DNA of 63,157 nucleotides, the filler included, from Chiloscyllium plagiosum (taxonomy: Eukaryota): NCBI RefSeq assembly GCF_004010195.1. It is 6 parts of one record of this genome, joined end to end, with 100 filler letters (N's around TTAATTAATTAA, not from the genome) between each part and the next. Parts side by side here need not be neighbours in the genome. Positions count along the whole stretch, not along the records: positions 42,367 to 61,051 come from NC_057710.1; positions 61,152 to 63,157 come from NC_057710.1; 4 more parts are not named here. The stretch is one strand, 5' to 3'. Both the position numbers and the translations under genes were made by a program. This document shows, piece by piece, positions 49,700-62,828 of the stretch. The notes beneath the pieces were generated by a model that was not told the DNA's origin, searched no databases, and worked only from the letters and a program-made list of their open reading frames with translations. Every line of letters begins with the position of its first letter. Position 1 is the stretch's first letter.

Positions 49700-50660
49700 A
49701 CTCCAGGTGAATGAGACACAGACTGAGGACATCCTGGGACACCATCACAGAATTATGTCATCTGCTGGAGCGGGACGTGTAACCTGAAGGGTTGGGTGGT
49801 GGTCTTACCCCAGTGGTCATCAAGGTCACAGTGTTGTGCTAAACTTTTATGCAACTGGTTCCTTTCAAGGATTGACTAGGGATTTGTGTGGAATCTCTCA
49901 ATTCTCAAATTGCATATGTATTAAGGTTATTACCAATGCAATTTTTGCCAGATCAAATTGCTTCATCTTGATTCCCTGTGACCAGGACAGAGCTACAACC
50001 CAGGATGGAGCCTTTGTCAACATAGTCAGCTTCACTCAGGAGCAGGGTGCATTAGCTTATTCACATGTTGCATTGGGAGCTCCATATCATGACAGCAACC
50101 TTCAACAGAAAATTCTTCCATTTAGCCAACATACAAGTCATTTGGGCCACCATAGACATTGCCATGATGCCTTTATCCTTAATAACTCTCAGGTTCCAGC
50201 TACCTGTCAACAGCTGGATATAAGGAAGGTTACTGGGAGTCAAGGTGTACTCTTTGCTACCATGGTTGATGAATTCATTGCACAACACCCTGACTGAAGC
50301 CAAGTGTTGATAAAATGCAGTTGGCTGTTCAATAGCAGAGTACACAGGCCTCCTGAGATGAGATTCCAGAGCTTCGATTAGTCTGGAGGGCCTTGCAGTA
50401 CAGACCAGACTCAACATGCTGTGTAATCCTCCAATGCTGTGCTATGCACAATTAGATCTGACAAATTAAGAATGCGATGGATGCTGAAGAGCTGTGAGAG
50501 TGACAGCAGTCTTCTGAGGAGGAAAATGAGGACATTAATTACGAGGAAGATCACCTTCATCATGATGGAGTTGTGCAGCATCCAGTATGAGAAGCCAGTT
50601 TGGATTAAATGGCACCCACTTCCAATAAATGTGTGTTGGATGAGGTTATCATTCATTGAT
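49700..50660 (+). pseudogene. PIF/Harbinger DDE transposase, inactivated
   Basis: RLRTSWDTITELCHLLE...IKVT..LNFYATGSFQGLTRDLCGISQ...QGALAYSHVALGAP...GRLLGVKVYSLLPWLM...CCAMHN, then an acidic tail. Frameshifts and stops are present, and two catalytic Asp positions (GAIDCTH, GDKGY) are substituted. Confidence 0.85.
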
Positions 50661-51892
50661 TGTAAATTTTTTTGTTGCTTGAATGCCAACTAGTCCCTAT
50701 TTTGTCTAGCTTTTCTCGTTTGTTTTTAATTTGCGGTTCCTGTTGTTCAATAGAAATTCATATCATCAACTAGAAGGCCTAAAAAGATTTGATGCTCCCA
50801 AATTGAACAATGACAAGATGTTGTGCTTTGCTGGGCATGAGTGAGAGAATAGAGAATTGTATACAGCGTTCGAACATGGCATATTTTTGCTAAGGATGGG
50901 TAGCCCCTATTCTTGCAGATATTATTACTAAGACTGTTAATCAAGTAGGTGATGATGTAAAGTTGCAACACATTGATGAATGTGAGATTCTATTTCATAA
51001 AGTATCACTTGTGTTACCCGTGTGTCCTGAGAAGCTTAATTTCTTTGGTTCTCTCCCACTGCGCGTACTGTGAAGGGCTATTCCTAGCTGGCAGCATTTG
51101 AGGTAGTGCACAGCTGCCCTTTAAATATGGCACCAATGGTATAAATCCTGCACCTTCCTGGCAATATGAAATATTTCTGCTGCGAGTGAGCACATGATAA
51201 TGTAAGTAGGGTGATATTGGGGTGTAGTGCTCACATACTAAGGTGAGTAGTCTCCAAGAAACTCCCTGAAATTGTCACTCATCAATCATTTGGTAAAATT
51301 CAGTCCTGCTTCCTCTTGTGGGAAAGTTCAGAACCATGGTTGGGTAACTCAGAGGGTTGTGCAACTTTGAACTCTCTGCCTCAGAAGGTAGTGGAGACAA
51401 GGTTATCAAAAAGCGATAGATTTTTAAGAAGGCAATGGAATCAAAGGTAATTGGGAATAGGTGGAAATGTGGAATTCAAACACAAACAATGATCTTACTG
51501 AATGACAGACTAAGTTGCATAACTCTGTTCCTAATTCATATGCCCGTACGCTCATCATTCAGAAAACTGTGGCTTTGTTTGCTGTGTTTTCCCCCTTGTA
51601 GGAAGTATCTCAAATATACCTATAACAATACCTTATTGATAGTAGCTCATTGTTAGCCTAATTACCTGCCACTCATTAACTTCAAGTTGCCACATAACCC
51701 AAGCACAACTGGAAAGGGTGAGAGGAACTGCCTTGTGAGGTTTTGCTTCAGTGAAGAGGAATTTCCCTGTTTCCTCTATGCTCCCATAATTCTCTAACAT
51801 TGGATTTATTTCCAACATGCTGTGACAAGACCTTAATATCACAACGTAAAAAATGACTTCAAAGAACTACAGGTAACAATTTTATCAATGAT

Positions 51893-54800
51893 ACATAGAA
51901 CATAGAACCTAGGAAAGTACAGCACAGAACAGGCCCTTTGGCCCACGATGTTGTGCCGAGGTTTAATCCTAATGTGTAATATAATAACTTAGCCTATGCA
52001 CTCCTCAACTCACTGCTATCCATGTGCATGTCCAGCAGTCGTTTAAATGTCCCTCATGACTCTGCTTCCACCACCACAGCTAGGAACGCATTCCATGCAT
52101 TCACAACCTACCTCTGACATCTCCTTTATACCTTCCTCCTAATATATTCAAACTATGACTTCTTGTACCAGTCAATCCTGCCCTGGGGCTATTGATTCTA
52201 TCTATTCCACTCATTATCTTGTACACCTCGATCAGGTCTCCTCTCTTCCTCCTTCTCTCCAGAGAGAAGGGTCTGAGCTTATTCAACCTTTCTTCATAAG
52301 GCAAGCCCTCCAGTCCAGGCAGCATTCTGGTAAACCTTCTTTGCACCCTCTCCAAAGTCTCTGTAACTTTCCTATAGTAGGTGACTGGAATATTCCAAGT
52401 GTGGTCTCACCAAGGACTTGTAGAGCTGTAGCAAAACCTTGCGGCTCATAAACTCGATCCCCCTGTTAATGAAAGCCAAAACACCATATGCTTTCTTAAC
52501 AACCCTATCCACTTGGGTGGCAACTTTGAGGGTCTATGTACTTGTACACCCAGATCCCTCTGTTCCTCCACACTGCCAAGAATCCTGTCTTTAATCCTAT
52601 ATTCAGCATTTGAGTTTGACCTTCCAAAATGCATCACTTTGCATTTATCCAGGTTGAACTCTATCTGCCATTTCTCAGCCCAGCTCTGCATCCTATATTG
52701 CACTGCAGCCTGAAGTAGCCCTCGATACTACCAATGGCACCTCCAACCTTTGTGTCATCTGCAAATTTACTAATCCACCCTTCAACCTCCTCATCCAAGT
52801 CATTTATAAAAACTACAAAGAGCAAAGGCCCAAGTACAGAGCCCTGCGGGACCCCACTCAACACTGACCTCCAGGCAGAATACTTTCCATCTCCAACCAC
52901 TCTCTGTCTTCTGTCAGCCAGCCAATTCTGAATCCAGATAGCCAAATCTCCCTGTATCCCATACTTCCTGACTTTATGAATGAGCCTACCTTGGGGAACC
53001 TTATCAAATGCCTTGCTGAAGTCCATATACATCACATCCACTGCTCAACCTTCATTGACCTGTGTTGCCACCTCCTCAAAGAACTCAGTAAGATTTGTGA
53101 GGCACGACCTGCTCCTCACAAAGCCATGCTGACTGCCTTTAATCACACAATGCTTTGCCCAACACCCATAAATTCTATCCCTCAGAATTCTTTCCAAAAC
53201 TTTGCTGACCACAGACGTAAGACTGACTGGTCTGTAATTGCCAGGGATTTCCCTATTACCCTTCATGAAAGGAGGAACAACATTTGCCTCCTTCCAATCC
53301 TCCGGTGCGACTCCCATGGAGAGTGAGGAGGCAAATATCCTTGCTGACAGCTTAGCAACCTCCTTTCTTGCTTCCCGGAGCAGCCTAGGATAAATCTGGT
53401 CTGGTCCTGGGGGCTTATCAATCTTAATGTTTTCCAAAATTTCCAGCACATCAACTTCATCAATCTTGATCTGGTCAAGCCTGTATCCCAGCTCCTCAAG
53501 TTCTCATTCACAACAAGGTCCCTTTCCTTGGTGAAAACCGAAACAAAAAAACTCATTTAGGGCTTCCCCTATCTGCTCAGACTCCATGCACAAGTTCCCT
53601 ACGCTATCCCTGATCAGCCCTACCTTCTCCTTGATCATTCTCTTATTCCTCACATATGAGTAAAATGCCTTTGGGTTCTCCCTCATCATTCTTGCCAAAC
53701 CTTTATCATGCTCCCTCCTGGCTCTCCTCAGTCCATTTCTGAGGTCCTTTCTCGCAAGCCTGTAATCCTCTAAAGCTGTGCTAGATCCTTGCTTCCTCCA
53801 CCTTACGTAAGCTGCCTTCTTCCTTTTGACGAAAAGCTCCTCTGTTCGCATCATTTAAGGTTCCTTAACCTTACCCCTTCTTGCCTGTCTCAGAGGAACA
53901 AATTCGTGCATCACTCATAACAACTGCTCCTTAAATAGTATCCACATGTCTGCTGTGTCCTTTCTGTGGAACAATTGGTCCCAGTCTGTACTTCCCAACT
54001 CTTGTCCGATAGCGTCACAATTTCCTTTTCCCCAATTAAATATCTTCCCTCGGTAACTGCTCCTTCCCCTCTCCAAGGCTATGGTAAATGGGAGGCAGTT
54101 GTGATCACTGTCACCAAAGTGTTGTCCCATCACGAGATCTGACACCTGTCCTGGTTCATTGCCAAGCACCAAATCTAAAATGGCCTTTCCCCTCGTCGGC
54201 TTGTCTACATACTGAGTAAGGAAACCCTCCTGAATACAACTGACAAAAATGGCTCCATCCAAACCATCTGCAATTAGGAGGTTCCAGTCGATATTGGGAA
54301 AGTTGAAATCACCCATAACAACAATCCTGCTACTTTTAATTTTTCCAGAATCTACCTGCCTATGAGTTCTTCAATCTCTCTACTGCTATTAGGTGGTCTG
54401 TAGAAAACCCCCAATGCGGTGGCTGTTCCCTTGCTGTTCCTAACTTCCATCCATACTGACTCATCAGACAGGCGTTACTCAACAACCTTCGTTTCTGTAG
54501 CTGTGATGCACTCTCTGATTAGCGATGCTACACCCCCTCTTCTTTTTCCACCCTCCCAGTTCTTTTTAAAAGTTCTAAACCCTGGAACATCAAACAACCA
54601 TTCCTGCCCCTGTGAAACTCACGTCTCCGTTATGGCTACAAGATCATAGCCCCAAGTACTGATCCATGCTCTAAGTTTGTCACTCTGACTTCGGACACTC
54701 CTTGCGTTAAAGCAGACACACTTTAACCGATCCCTTTATTTCATTGCGTGAGAAACCTTCCCGATAGATTCAATACATCCTGTCACTGCCCCATCTGCAA

Positions 54801-55304
54801 CTGTTCTCCTCTCTGACATGTGGCTGTGATTCCCAATCCCCTGCCAAACTAGTTTAAATCTTCCTGAACCACACAAACAAATCTCCCACCCAGGATATTT
54901 GTGCCCCTCCAGTTCAGGCGCAACCCCTCCTTCATGTACAGGTCCCACCTTCCCCAGAAGGTATCCCAGTGGTCTAGGTATCTGAAGCCTTCCCTCCTGC
55001 ACCAGCCTCGCAGACACGTGTTAAGCTGCATTCGCTGACTGTTCCTCATCTCACTATCTCGTGGCACGGGTAACACTACTCTAGTCATCCTGCTCTTCAG
55101 CTTCCTACTTAACTCGCTGTAGTCACTTTTCAGATCCTCAATCCCTTTCCTGGCTATATCATTGGTGCTAATAGGTACCACAGTTTCTGGCTGCTCCTCC
55201 TCCACCTTCAGAATCTTGTAAACCCAATTGGCGACATCCCGGACCTGGCACCGGGGAGGCAACATACCTTCCGGCAGTCCCGTTACTGACCCCAAATACA
55301 TCAA
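51893..55304 (-). mobile_element. Near full-length CR1 LINE (SGNH-esterase ORF1 C-terminus, APE endonuclease, RT, 3' tail), disrupted
   Basis: ORF 54849-55304 (EQPETVVPISTNDI...CRREGFRYLDHW...LNWRGT), 53915-54316 (MGDFNFPNIDW...SDHN), 53045-53449, and 52661-53041 (DFSKAFDKV...GVPQGSVLGPLLF...KFADDTK). Tail (ttctatg)n at ~51893. Confidence 0.93.
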
Positions 55305-58300
55305 TAATATAAAAAAACTAAGCTAAGCATTCATGTGCATCCCCTTGGTGCCTTGTCTTCTAGGTTCCTTTCTCTTTTCCTCGATCCGTATTAATGGCCA
55401 CGCCAGTGACTGCAGCATGGCCAGTGCAAAAGTGTTGAATTTCACTGGAGAGACTGTAGATGGCCTTCCTACATGATTTTGAGCAGCTCTGCTACTACGA
55501 CATACAAGGCTGGAGGGAAGTATTAAATATTTACTGCAGATTTGCTGTAATGAATATTCAAGATAGGTATTTTTGGCAGAGAAATGGTTGTAGCTTATCA
55601 TTTTCATTTGTGCAACGTTGTCATGTTTTGCAGAAAACTTAACAAAAGAAAACATTTGGGAGGAACAAGAAATGTAATACATGAAAACACACCAACCATA
55701 AATTAATTTATTTTGGTTCCTGTTCCTCCTAGAGTTAGAAAATAAAATAAAGATGGTTTGCTGAAAAAAAAGCAGGAAAGATATACAAAGAATTTAGGGG
55801 TATATTTTCAACTTGTTTCTTGGGCATAGAATGTTTTTAAGATTGGTGACCCATTATTAAAAAAAACAGTTTGAAAATGACATGATTTCCATAATGGACA
55901 TCCGATCTCCAAAGTTTGCTTTATGTCCAGGTAACATGTTGAAAATCTATCCCACAGTTTCAAACTCTTGCATCTTTTGTCTTCATCCAAGACTATTGTT
56001 GGACAAACAGCTTCTCCACAGGAGTCACATTATCAAAGTTGCTACCTCAAGTCTTTTGATTTGCACAATTACACTACATTAAAACAGAACATTAACAAAT
56101 TTTACTGTAGAAAGTTGAAGTATGAATAGCTTTGAGAGAACCTCATCATTTTATCCACAATATCCATTGCTTTTATTCTTTTATTTCTCTAATTCCACTT
56201 GCTGCATTTCTCTTGAGTTTTTCTTTTTGATTTATAACAGAAATGTGTGATTCGCCAGGCAGTTTTGGATGGGATCAGATTGGTCAGCTATTATACGCTT
56301 ATTGTATTTGATAATTGACGCAATCGACTCTAATGAAACTGATCTATCAGGGATTACAGGTGGCTGATCTGATACTGCCCATATTATGTAAATTTCTACG
56401 TTCATTCTCAAAATGGCTATTAAAACATCACATATCACATCATATATCACAGAACAACTTAGATAACCTTTTATAAGAATAACATCAAAAATTAATGTCA
56501 CAAAACATTTAGAAATTATTGAATTTCAAATCAAGTATATGGAAAAGTAACAAGAAAAAGCTTCCAACACATTTTTGTTAACAATTCACACTTTGAAATC
56601 GTTTTGTAACCACTAGTTAACAAATAGCTCATGACCCATTCAACTTGGGACTAGCAGACTGCCAGTGTGTTTCCTTTGGCTCCCCCTTCCTTTCATTCTG
56701 AAACATTGCTCATGTTCATTCAACTTTTTATCTAGGATTCTCCATGGTTAGAAAATCTAAAGGTTAACCCATTACAACAAGATTTATGTGTATTTCAGTA
56801 AATGGATACTTCATTTATTCGAAATATTTTGGAATTTGCTTTTCCTCCCTCACACAAGACTTTTACCTCTTCTTTTCAAGCAGCAACTCCATGCCTTGTT
56901 CTGCTTTCACAAGCATTGGTTGTTCACAGGTATCTCACCAACTGGACATTATTTATTTCTGAGCATATGCAGAAATTTGTGTGAAGTTGTGTGATAACTT
57001 TTACAGTTCAATGTGTTAATGAAAATGTTTAATATGAAGCCTAATCCTATCTTCCACCAATCGCCATGTGCATGCTCTTTCAGCTGGAGTCACTAGATAA
57101 TGGTTCAGAAAGAACAACTGGTTTTATATTGACCTTCTCCATTCTTATTTTATTGATAACTTGTAATCAGTGAGCTGACACATCCCTTACGTCAAAAAAA
57201 TGTGGCACTGTTTTAGAAACAACCTCAAAATGTGAGCATTGATCATATGTAATGAAGATTATAAATGCAGCATTTATGAAAAGAACAAATAAAAACTGGT
57301 TTCATTGCTTTTCATGATTTTCAAAGACTACTAACCATTTTATGTAAGCAATACGAAAAGCAGATTCAGGATTTCATACTGTAAAAAGTATTATTAAAAT
57401 ACGTTTACAACAATTTACTTTTACACCATGTGACAGTTCAATATTTGGGAACTGAGTTTAGCATCAAGTCCATGTACAATGATATAAAATAACAAAACTG
57501 ATATTAAAAGAGTGCTTTCACAGAACAGATTTCAGAAGGCATTTGTTTGGACAGAAATGCTGTCATATAAATGACATTCTTCTTCCCCAGTGAATTTTGT
57601 AACTGTATGGCAGGTAATTTTAAAATGGCACTTTGTGTCAAATAAAATAAAAAATAAATTTAATGCTATCTCTTTATGTTTCTGAAAATTGACTGAACTA
57701 AAAACTCAAGCATTCAGCACTATACAAATCAAATTCAGTGCCAATACATTGGATAGTTGTTGAATTAAAATTGCAAAATCTTCCAACATTTTAACCAATC
57801 TCAAGAAGGTTAAGTGCAGTTAAGTAATCATTTCATCCTTTATGTATGTTCCAAAAGTCTGTCATTTTACTTAACTTTGAAATCACATTTTTCCCCTCAA
57901 TTTCCTTTCCCATTTAATTTAGGAGAAAAGCAGAGACAAAACACAGCAAAAGTAATATATATTTGCATTTGTTTCCAGAAAACAATTAATATTTGTTTGT
58001 TATAAGTTCTTAATAATAACATATTAAAATATGTGATCTTATTATATTGAATTCTCGGATGCACATTTTTCTAGTTGATCACTGACAAACTACAAGTTTA
58101 AGCATTACCACTTTTTTGTAACATTCTTTGATTGTACACCAGCATCCCAAGGCAGGGCAAAGATTTGTTGCTCACTGCATTGTTCAGCCATTTCAGCAGG
58201 TCATTAATCTGGAGTCATGTTTCGGCTGGAATAGATAAGGGTCACAGATTTTCTCCCTAAAGGACATTAATGAACAAGTTGTTCCCTTATGAGAATGGTT

Positions 58301-58509
58301 ACATAGTCACCATTGGACTAATTTTAATGCCAGATTTTAGTTGAATGCAAATTTCACCATTTGTCATGAATCAAATATTAACCTGGCCCTCTGGATTACT
58401 ACCCTGTAGTCCAGTAAAACTGGCACAATGCTACTGCATCCCCTTGTCAATTGTAGGGACTGAAAAACGAGAATTGTCCCTTTTTAAAATTTGATGTTGA
58501 CAAAGATCA

Positions 58510-58830
58510 TGGTATTAGAACATCAGGGTGACATGATGTTAGCATTGGTACCTCACAGTGCTGGGGACCCAGGTTTGACTCCACCGTCGGGTGGCTGTCT
58601 GCGTGGAGTTTGGACATTCTCCACGTGACTGTGAGGGTTTCCTCCCATAGTTCAAAGATGTGGAAGTTAGGTGGATTGACCACAGGGTTCAGAGATGTGC
58701 AGGCTACGTAGATAGTCATGGGAAATGCTGGGCTATAGGGTAGCGGGGTGAGTCTAGGTGATATGTTGTTTGGGGTGGGGACGTGGTGTGTAGGCTGAAT
58801 GGCCTGCTTCCATACTGGGAATTTTATGAT
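58510..58830 (+). mobile_element. HE1/V-SINE, diverged
   Basis: gttagcattggtacctcacagtgctggggacccaggtttgactcc...gcgtggagtttggacattctcc. Confidence 0.75.
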
Positions 58831-59932
58831 CTGAGAAGGATTTTGATCTATTTCTAAAATAGTTGTTATTCCTTCTTTCCTGCCCTAGGTCACTCTAAAC
58901 CTCAGTGTTTTCTGACATTGAGGACAGAATAGCAACTTCCTCCCAAGTTGCCACCAGCAAGACTGGATAATGGGTAGGGGGAGCTGAAGCCCACAGTTTA
59001 ATTGAATTGGAACATGCTACTTTTAGAGAACATTCCAACCAATAGGCCAGTGGAAAATTAATTGAGTTCAGCCAATGAATTCTAGAAATAAGCTAAGGTA
59101 GGAGTGACACTCTTCTGAACCATCATCTAACATTCAGATTGCGATTTTTGCAAATGCATTGTGATTGGCATTCACACCTATGGCAAAGCCTTGGTATCAG
59201 ACACTAGGAAATGACAGAAGTTGCTTTTGTACAGTTATAAATGCCTTGCTGCTGTGACTTACAAGAGCAGTTGCTTCAATGGGATACTGTTAATGTGACA
59301 GCTGACTATTGTTGAAAGAAAATTGAAGAGATTTGAAAGGTGTTTCAAAGGATCCATTTAATTAAACCACAATAGATCTCAACCCCTTAATTATGAAGCT
59401 TCACAAAGAGTAGAAAAATGTGAATTAATAGCAAGTGCAAATTTGCATCTTACTTGAGTGTTGGATTTAATAAGTACACAATTACAAGCAAATAATAAGG
59501 AAATAAATTAACCCTTAAAGTACTGTATAGCATATGCCACATGTTCCCTTAGAAAATAGACAGCTTTGCTGATTGATTAATAATTGACATTATTCCTGTA
59601 ATTATGTCATTTATTAATTATAAATGGCCCAATCCTCAGAGACACCCTAGCATGAGCGAGGCACATTCCGCCAGTCTTGATCACTGTCACTGGGTCTCCT
59701 GCTAGAAGATCAATTGGGTTCTCTACTTTAAAAGAAAACCAAGTATGCCAGCCTCAATCTGGAACAGGAGCAAAGAGAAAAGCCAACAGGGAAGGTCTGT
59801 GTATAAAGGCCATGGGTCACTACTTACATGTTGCTCCCCCAGACATACTTTAACAACATAAAACATGGCAATCGGCATAAATAGGCTTTCAAAAGTGAAA
59901 AATGGAACAATGGAATCCTTGTTAAGTTTAAA

Positions 59933-60345
59933 TGCATGAAAAAAGTTGCCCCCATGTCCCTTTTAAATATTTCCCCTCTCACCTTAAACCTGTATCCTTT
60001 AGTTTTGGACTCACCTACCTTGGGAAAAAGACATTGGCTATTCACCTTATCCATGCCCATCATGACTTTAAAGACCTCGATAAGGTCACCCCTCAGACTC
60101 TGATGCTTCAGGGAAGAAGTGCCCCAGCCTATTCAGCCTCTCCCTATAGCTTTTGGCTCAAACTCTCCAAATCTCAGCAAAATACTTGCAAAATGAAAGC
60201 AGTATTTTGAAAGTGATCTAATCAATATCCATGACATCCCAATTCCTATACTCAATGCACTGACCAATGAAGGCACGCATGCCAAGAGCATTCTCCACCA
60301 CCTGGTCTACCTGAGATTCCATTTTGAAGCAACTATGCATCTACA
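59933..60345 (-). mobile_element. CR1 3' ORF2 fragment
   Basis: ORF 59824-60063 MMGMDKVNSQCLFPKVGESKTKGYRFKVRGE. Confidence 0.75.
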
Positions 60346-60554
60346 TTTTGGGAGAGATTAAAAAGCCAGTAATATTTTTGCCCAAGCAGCAGCGGACGGC
60401 CTTAGGTGTCAAACCCATATGCACTTGGGTAATAGCTACACTGTCATGTAAGCCTCTTAAAACCATACTTAGTGCACTATTCCATTGTCTTATTTGCAAC
60501 ATATTACACCAACCTTCAATTTATTTGAAATTTATTTGTCATTTACGTAAATGA

Positions 60555-61051
60555 TTTGGATTAGTGGTGCTGGAAGAGCATCGGCCCCATTCCCCACCTC
60601 TTCCTCCGCTACATTGATGACTGCATTGGCGCCACCTCGTGTTCCCGCAAGGAGGTTGAGCAATTCATCAACTTCAACAACACATTCCACCCTGACCTTA
60701 AATTTACCTGGACCATCTCTGACACCTCCCTCCCCTTCCTGGACCTCTCCATCTCCATTAATGACGACCGACTTGACACTGACATTTTTTACAAACCCAC
60801 CGACTCCCACAGCTACCTGGATTACACCTCTTCCCACCCTACCTCCTGCAAAAATGCCACCCCATATTCCCAATTCCTCCGCCTTCACTGTATCTGCTCC
60901 CAGGAGGACCAGTTCCACACAGAAAACACCAGATGGCCTCCTTCTTTAGAGACCGCAATTTCCCGTCCCACGTGGTTAAAGATGCCCTCCAACACATCTC
61001 GTCCACATCCCGCACCTCCGCCCTCACACCCAACCCCTCCAACCGCAACAA
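60555..61051 (+). mobile_element. Penelope-like element RT core, with a short inverted terminal segment at its 5' junction
   Basis: From ~60580 the + strand reads IGPIPHLFLRYIDDCIGATSCS...FHPDLKFTWTIS..SLPFLDLSISI...IFYKPTDSHSYLDYTSSHP (YIDD motif). Confidence 0.9.
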
Positions 61052-61151
61052 NNNNNNNNNNNNNNNNNNNNNNNNNNNNNNNNNNNNNNNNNNNNTTAAT
61101 TAATTAANNNNNNNNNNNNNNNNNNNNNNNNNNNNNNNNNNNNNNNNNNNN
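61052..61151. other. Assembly gap with artificial linker
   Basis: N44-TTAATTAATTAA-N44. Confidence 0.97.
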
Positions 61152-61229
61152 TGGTGTTGTGTGATTTTTAAATTTATGCACCCCAGTCCAACACTGGCAT
61201 CTCCAAGTCAAGAATTGGGTTTGGTAAAA

Positions 61230-62820
61230 CAGGCCCTTCGGCCCTCCAAGCCTGCACCAACACATTCTGCCCTTCCATACTAAAACTGTCTTCAATTACA
61301 GGATCCATATCCCTCTATTCCCTTCCTATTCATGTATTCATCCAGGTGTCTCTTGAATGCTGCTATTGTGTCTGCTTCCACCACCTCCACTGGCAGTGTT
61401 TTCAAGGCACTCGCCACCTTTTGTGTGAAAAACATGCCTCACACATCTCCATTAAACCGCCCCCCTACTCCCGGCCACACCTTGAACCTGTGTTCCCCTA
61501 GTAATCAACCCCTCCACCCTGTGAAAATGCCTCATACATTCCGCTCTATCCATATCATTCACACTCTTATAAATGTCTATTAGGTCACCCCTCAAACTCC
61601 TGCATTCCGGTGAAAACCAACCCAGTCTATCCAACCTTTCTTCTTGGCTAAAATCCCCCATACCAGGCAACATCCTGGTAAACCTTTCTGTACCCTTTCC
61701 AAAACATCCACATCTTTCTGATAGTGCGGGGACCAGGACGGTACACAATTTTCCAAGTGTGACCTAACTAATGTTCTACAAAGCTGCAGTATAACTTGTC
61801 TACCCTGATACTCAATGCCCCTTTTCAATGAAGGTAAACATGCCATAGGCCTTTTTTTTACCACCTTATCTACCTGTGCTGCCACCTTCAGTGATCTGTC
61901 GACCTGCACACCCAGATCCCTCTGCATATCAATACTTCTAAGAGTTCTACCTCTCTTTGTATAATTTCTATCTGTACTTGACCTTCCAAAATGCATCATT
62001 TCACATTTGTCTGGATTAAACTCCATCTGCCATTTTTCTGCCCATTCCTCTAACTGATCTGTATCCTGCTCTATCCTCTGACAATCCTCCTCACTGTCCA
62101 CAACTCCACCCATCTTTGTATCAATTGCACAAAATCATGCTGTTTATCGCTAATTAATCCATTTGCTTCTAAATGCTTTTAGATCTTTTTCCTGAGATTA
62201 TTTTCCAATAATTCCCCTACCATTGACGTGAGGTTCCCAGGCTTGTAATTTCCTGGATTATCCCTGTTACCAGTTTTAAACAATGGGACAACATCAGCTA
62301 TTCTCCAGTACTCTGGGACTTCACCCATGGCCAAAGGCTAATGCTTCAGCAAATTGTTCTCTTGCCTCCCTCACTATTCTGGGATAGATCCCATCAGGAC
62401 CTGGAACTTACCTATCTTAAAACTTTCCTTTTTAATAGCAACTTGACTTAGAATTCCAATACTCCCTTCCCTGAGATCATCCTCCACCAATTCCTTCTGT
62501 TTGGTGAATGCCGATACAAAGTATTCATTTAAGACCTCATCTACCTCTTCTGCCTCCACATGTAGATTCCCTCCTTTATCCTTGAGTGGGCCAACCCTTT
62601 CCCTGGCTACCCTTTTGCTATATATCCCTTTTAGTTCTTCTAATTCCTGGCTTAAGTTCTTTCCTATTTTCCTGATCTACTTCAAGGGCTTTGTCAGTTC
62701 CAAGCTTCCTGGAACTTATGTATGATTCCCTTTTTGATCAAAGTTATAACATCCCAGCTCAGCCAGGGTTCATCAGACTTGACATACCAATCCTTCATTC
62801 TCTCAGGAATGTGCCACTCC
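61230..62820 (-). mobile_element. CR1 ORF2 RT and 3' region
   Basis: ORFs 61592-62113 (LEEWAEKWQMEFNPDKCEMMHFG) and 62374-62559. Confidence 0.85.
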
Positions 62821-62828
62821 TGAACCCT

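Noticed and set aside
49836..50297. Domesticated host gene HARBI1
   Set aside because: Frameshifts, stops and loss of catalytic residues indicate a decayed transposon copy.
56232..56501. Minus-strand ORF ending ...NHTFLL*, reminiscent of the CORIN C-terminus
   Set aside because: Lacks the GDSGGPL/WG serine-protease motifs of the last CORIN exon and is on the opposite strand to that expected from synteny.
60532..60949. 128-aa (-) and 132-aa (+, Ser/Thr/Pro-rich) ORFs as novel proteins
   Set aside because: They are alternative-frame and antisense readings of the Penelope RT frame.
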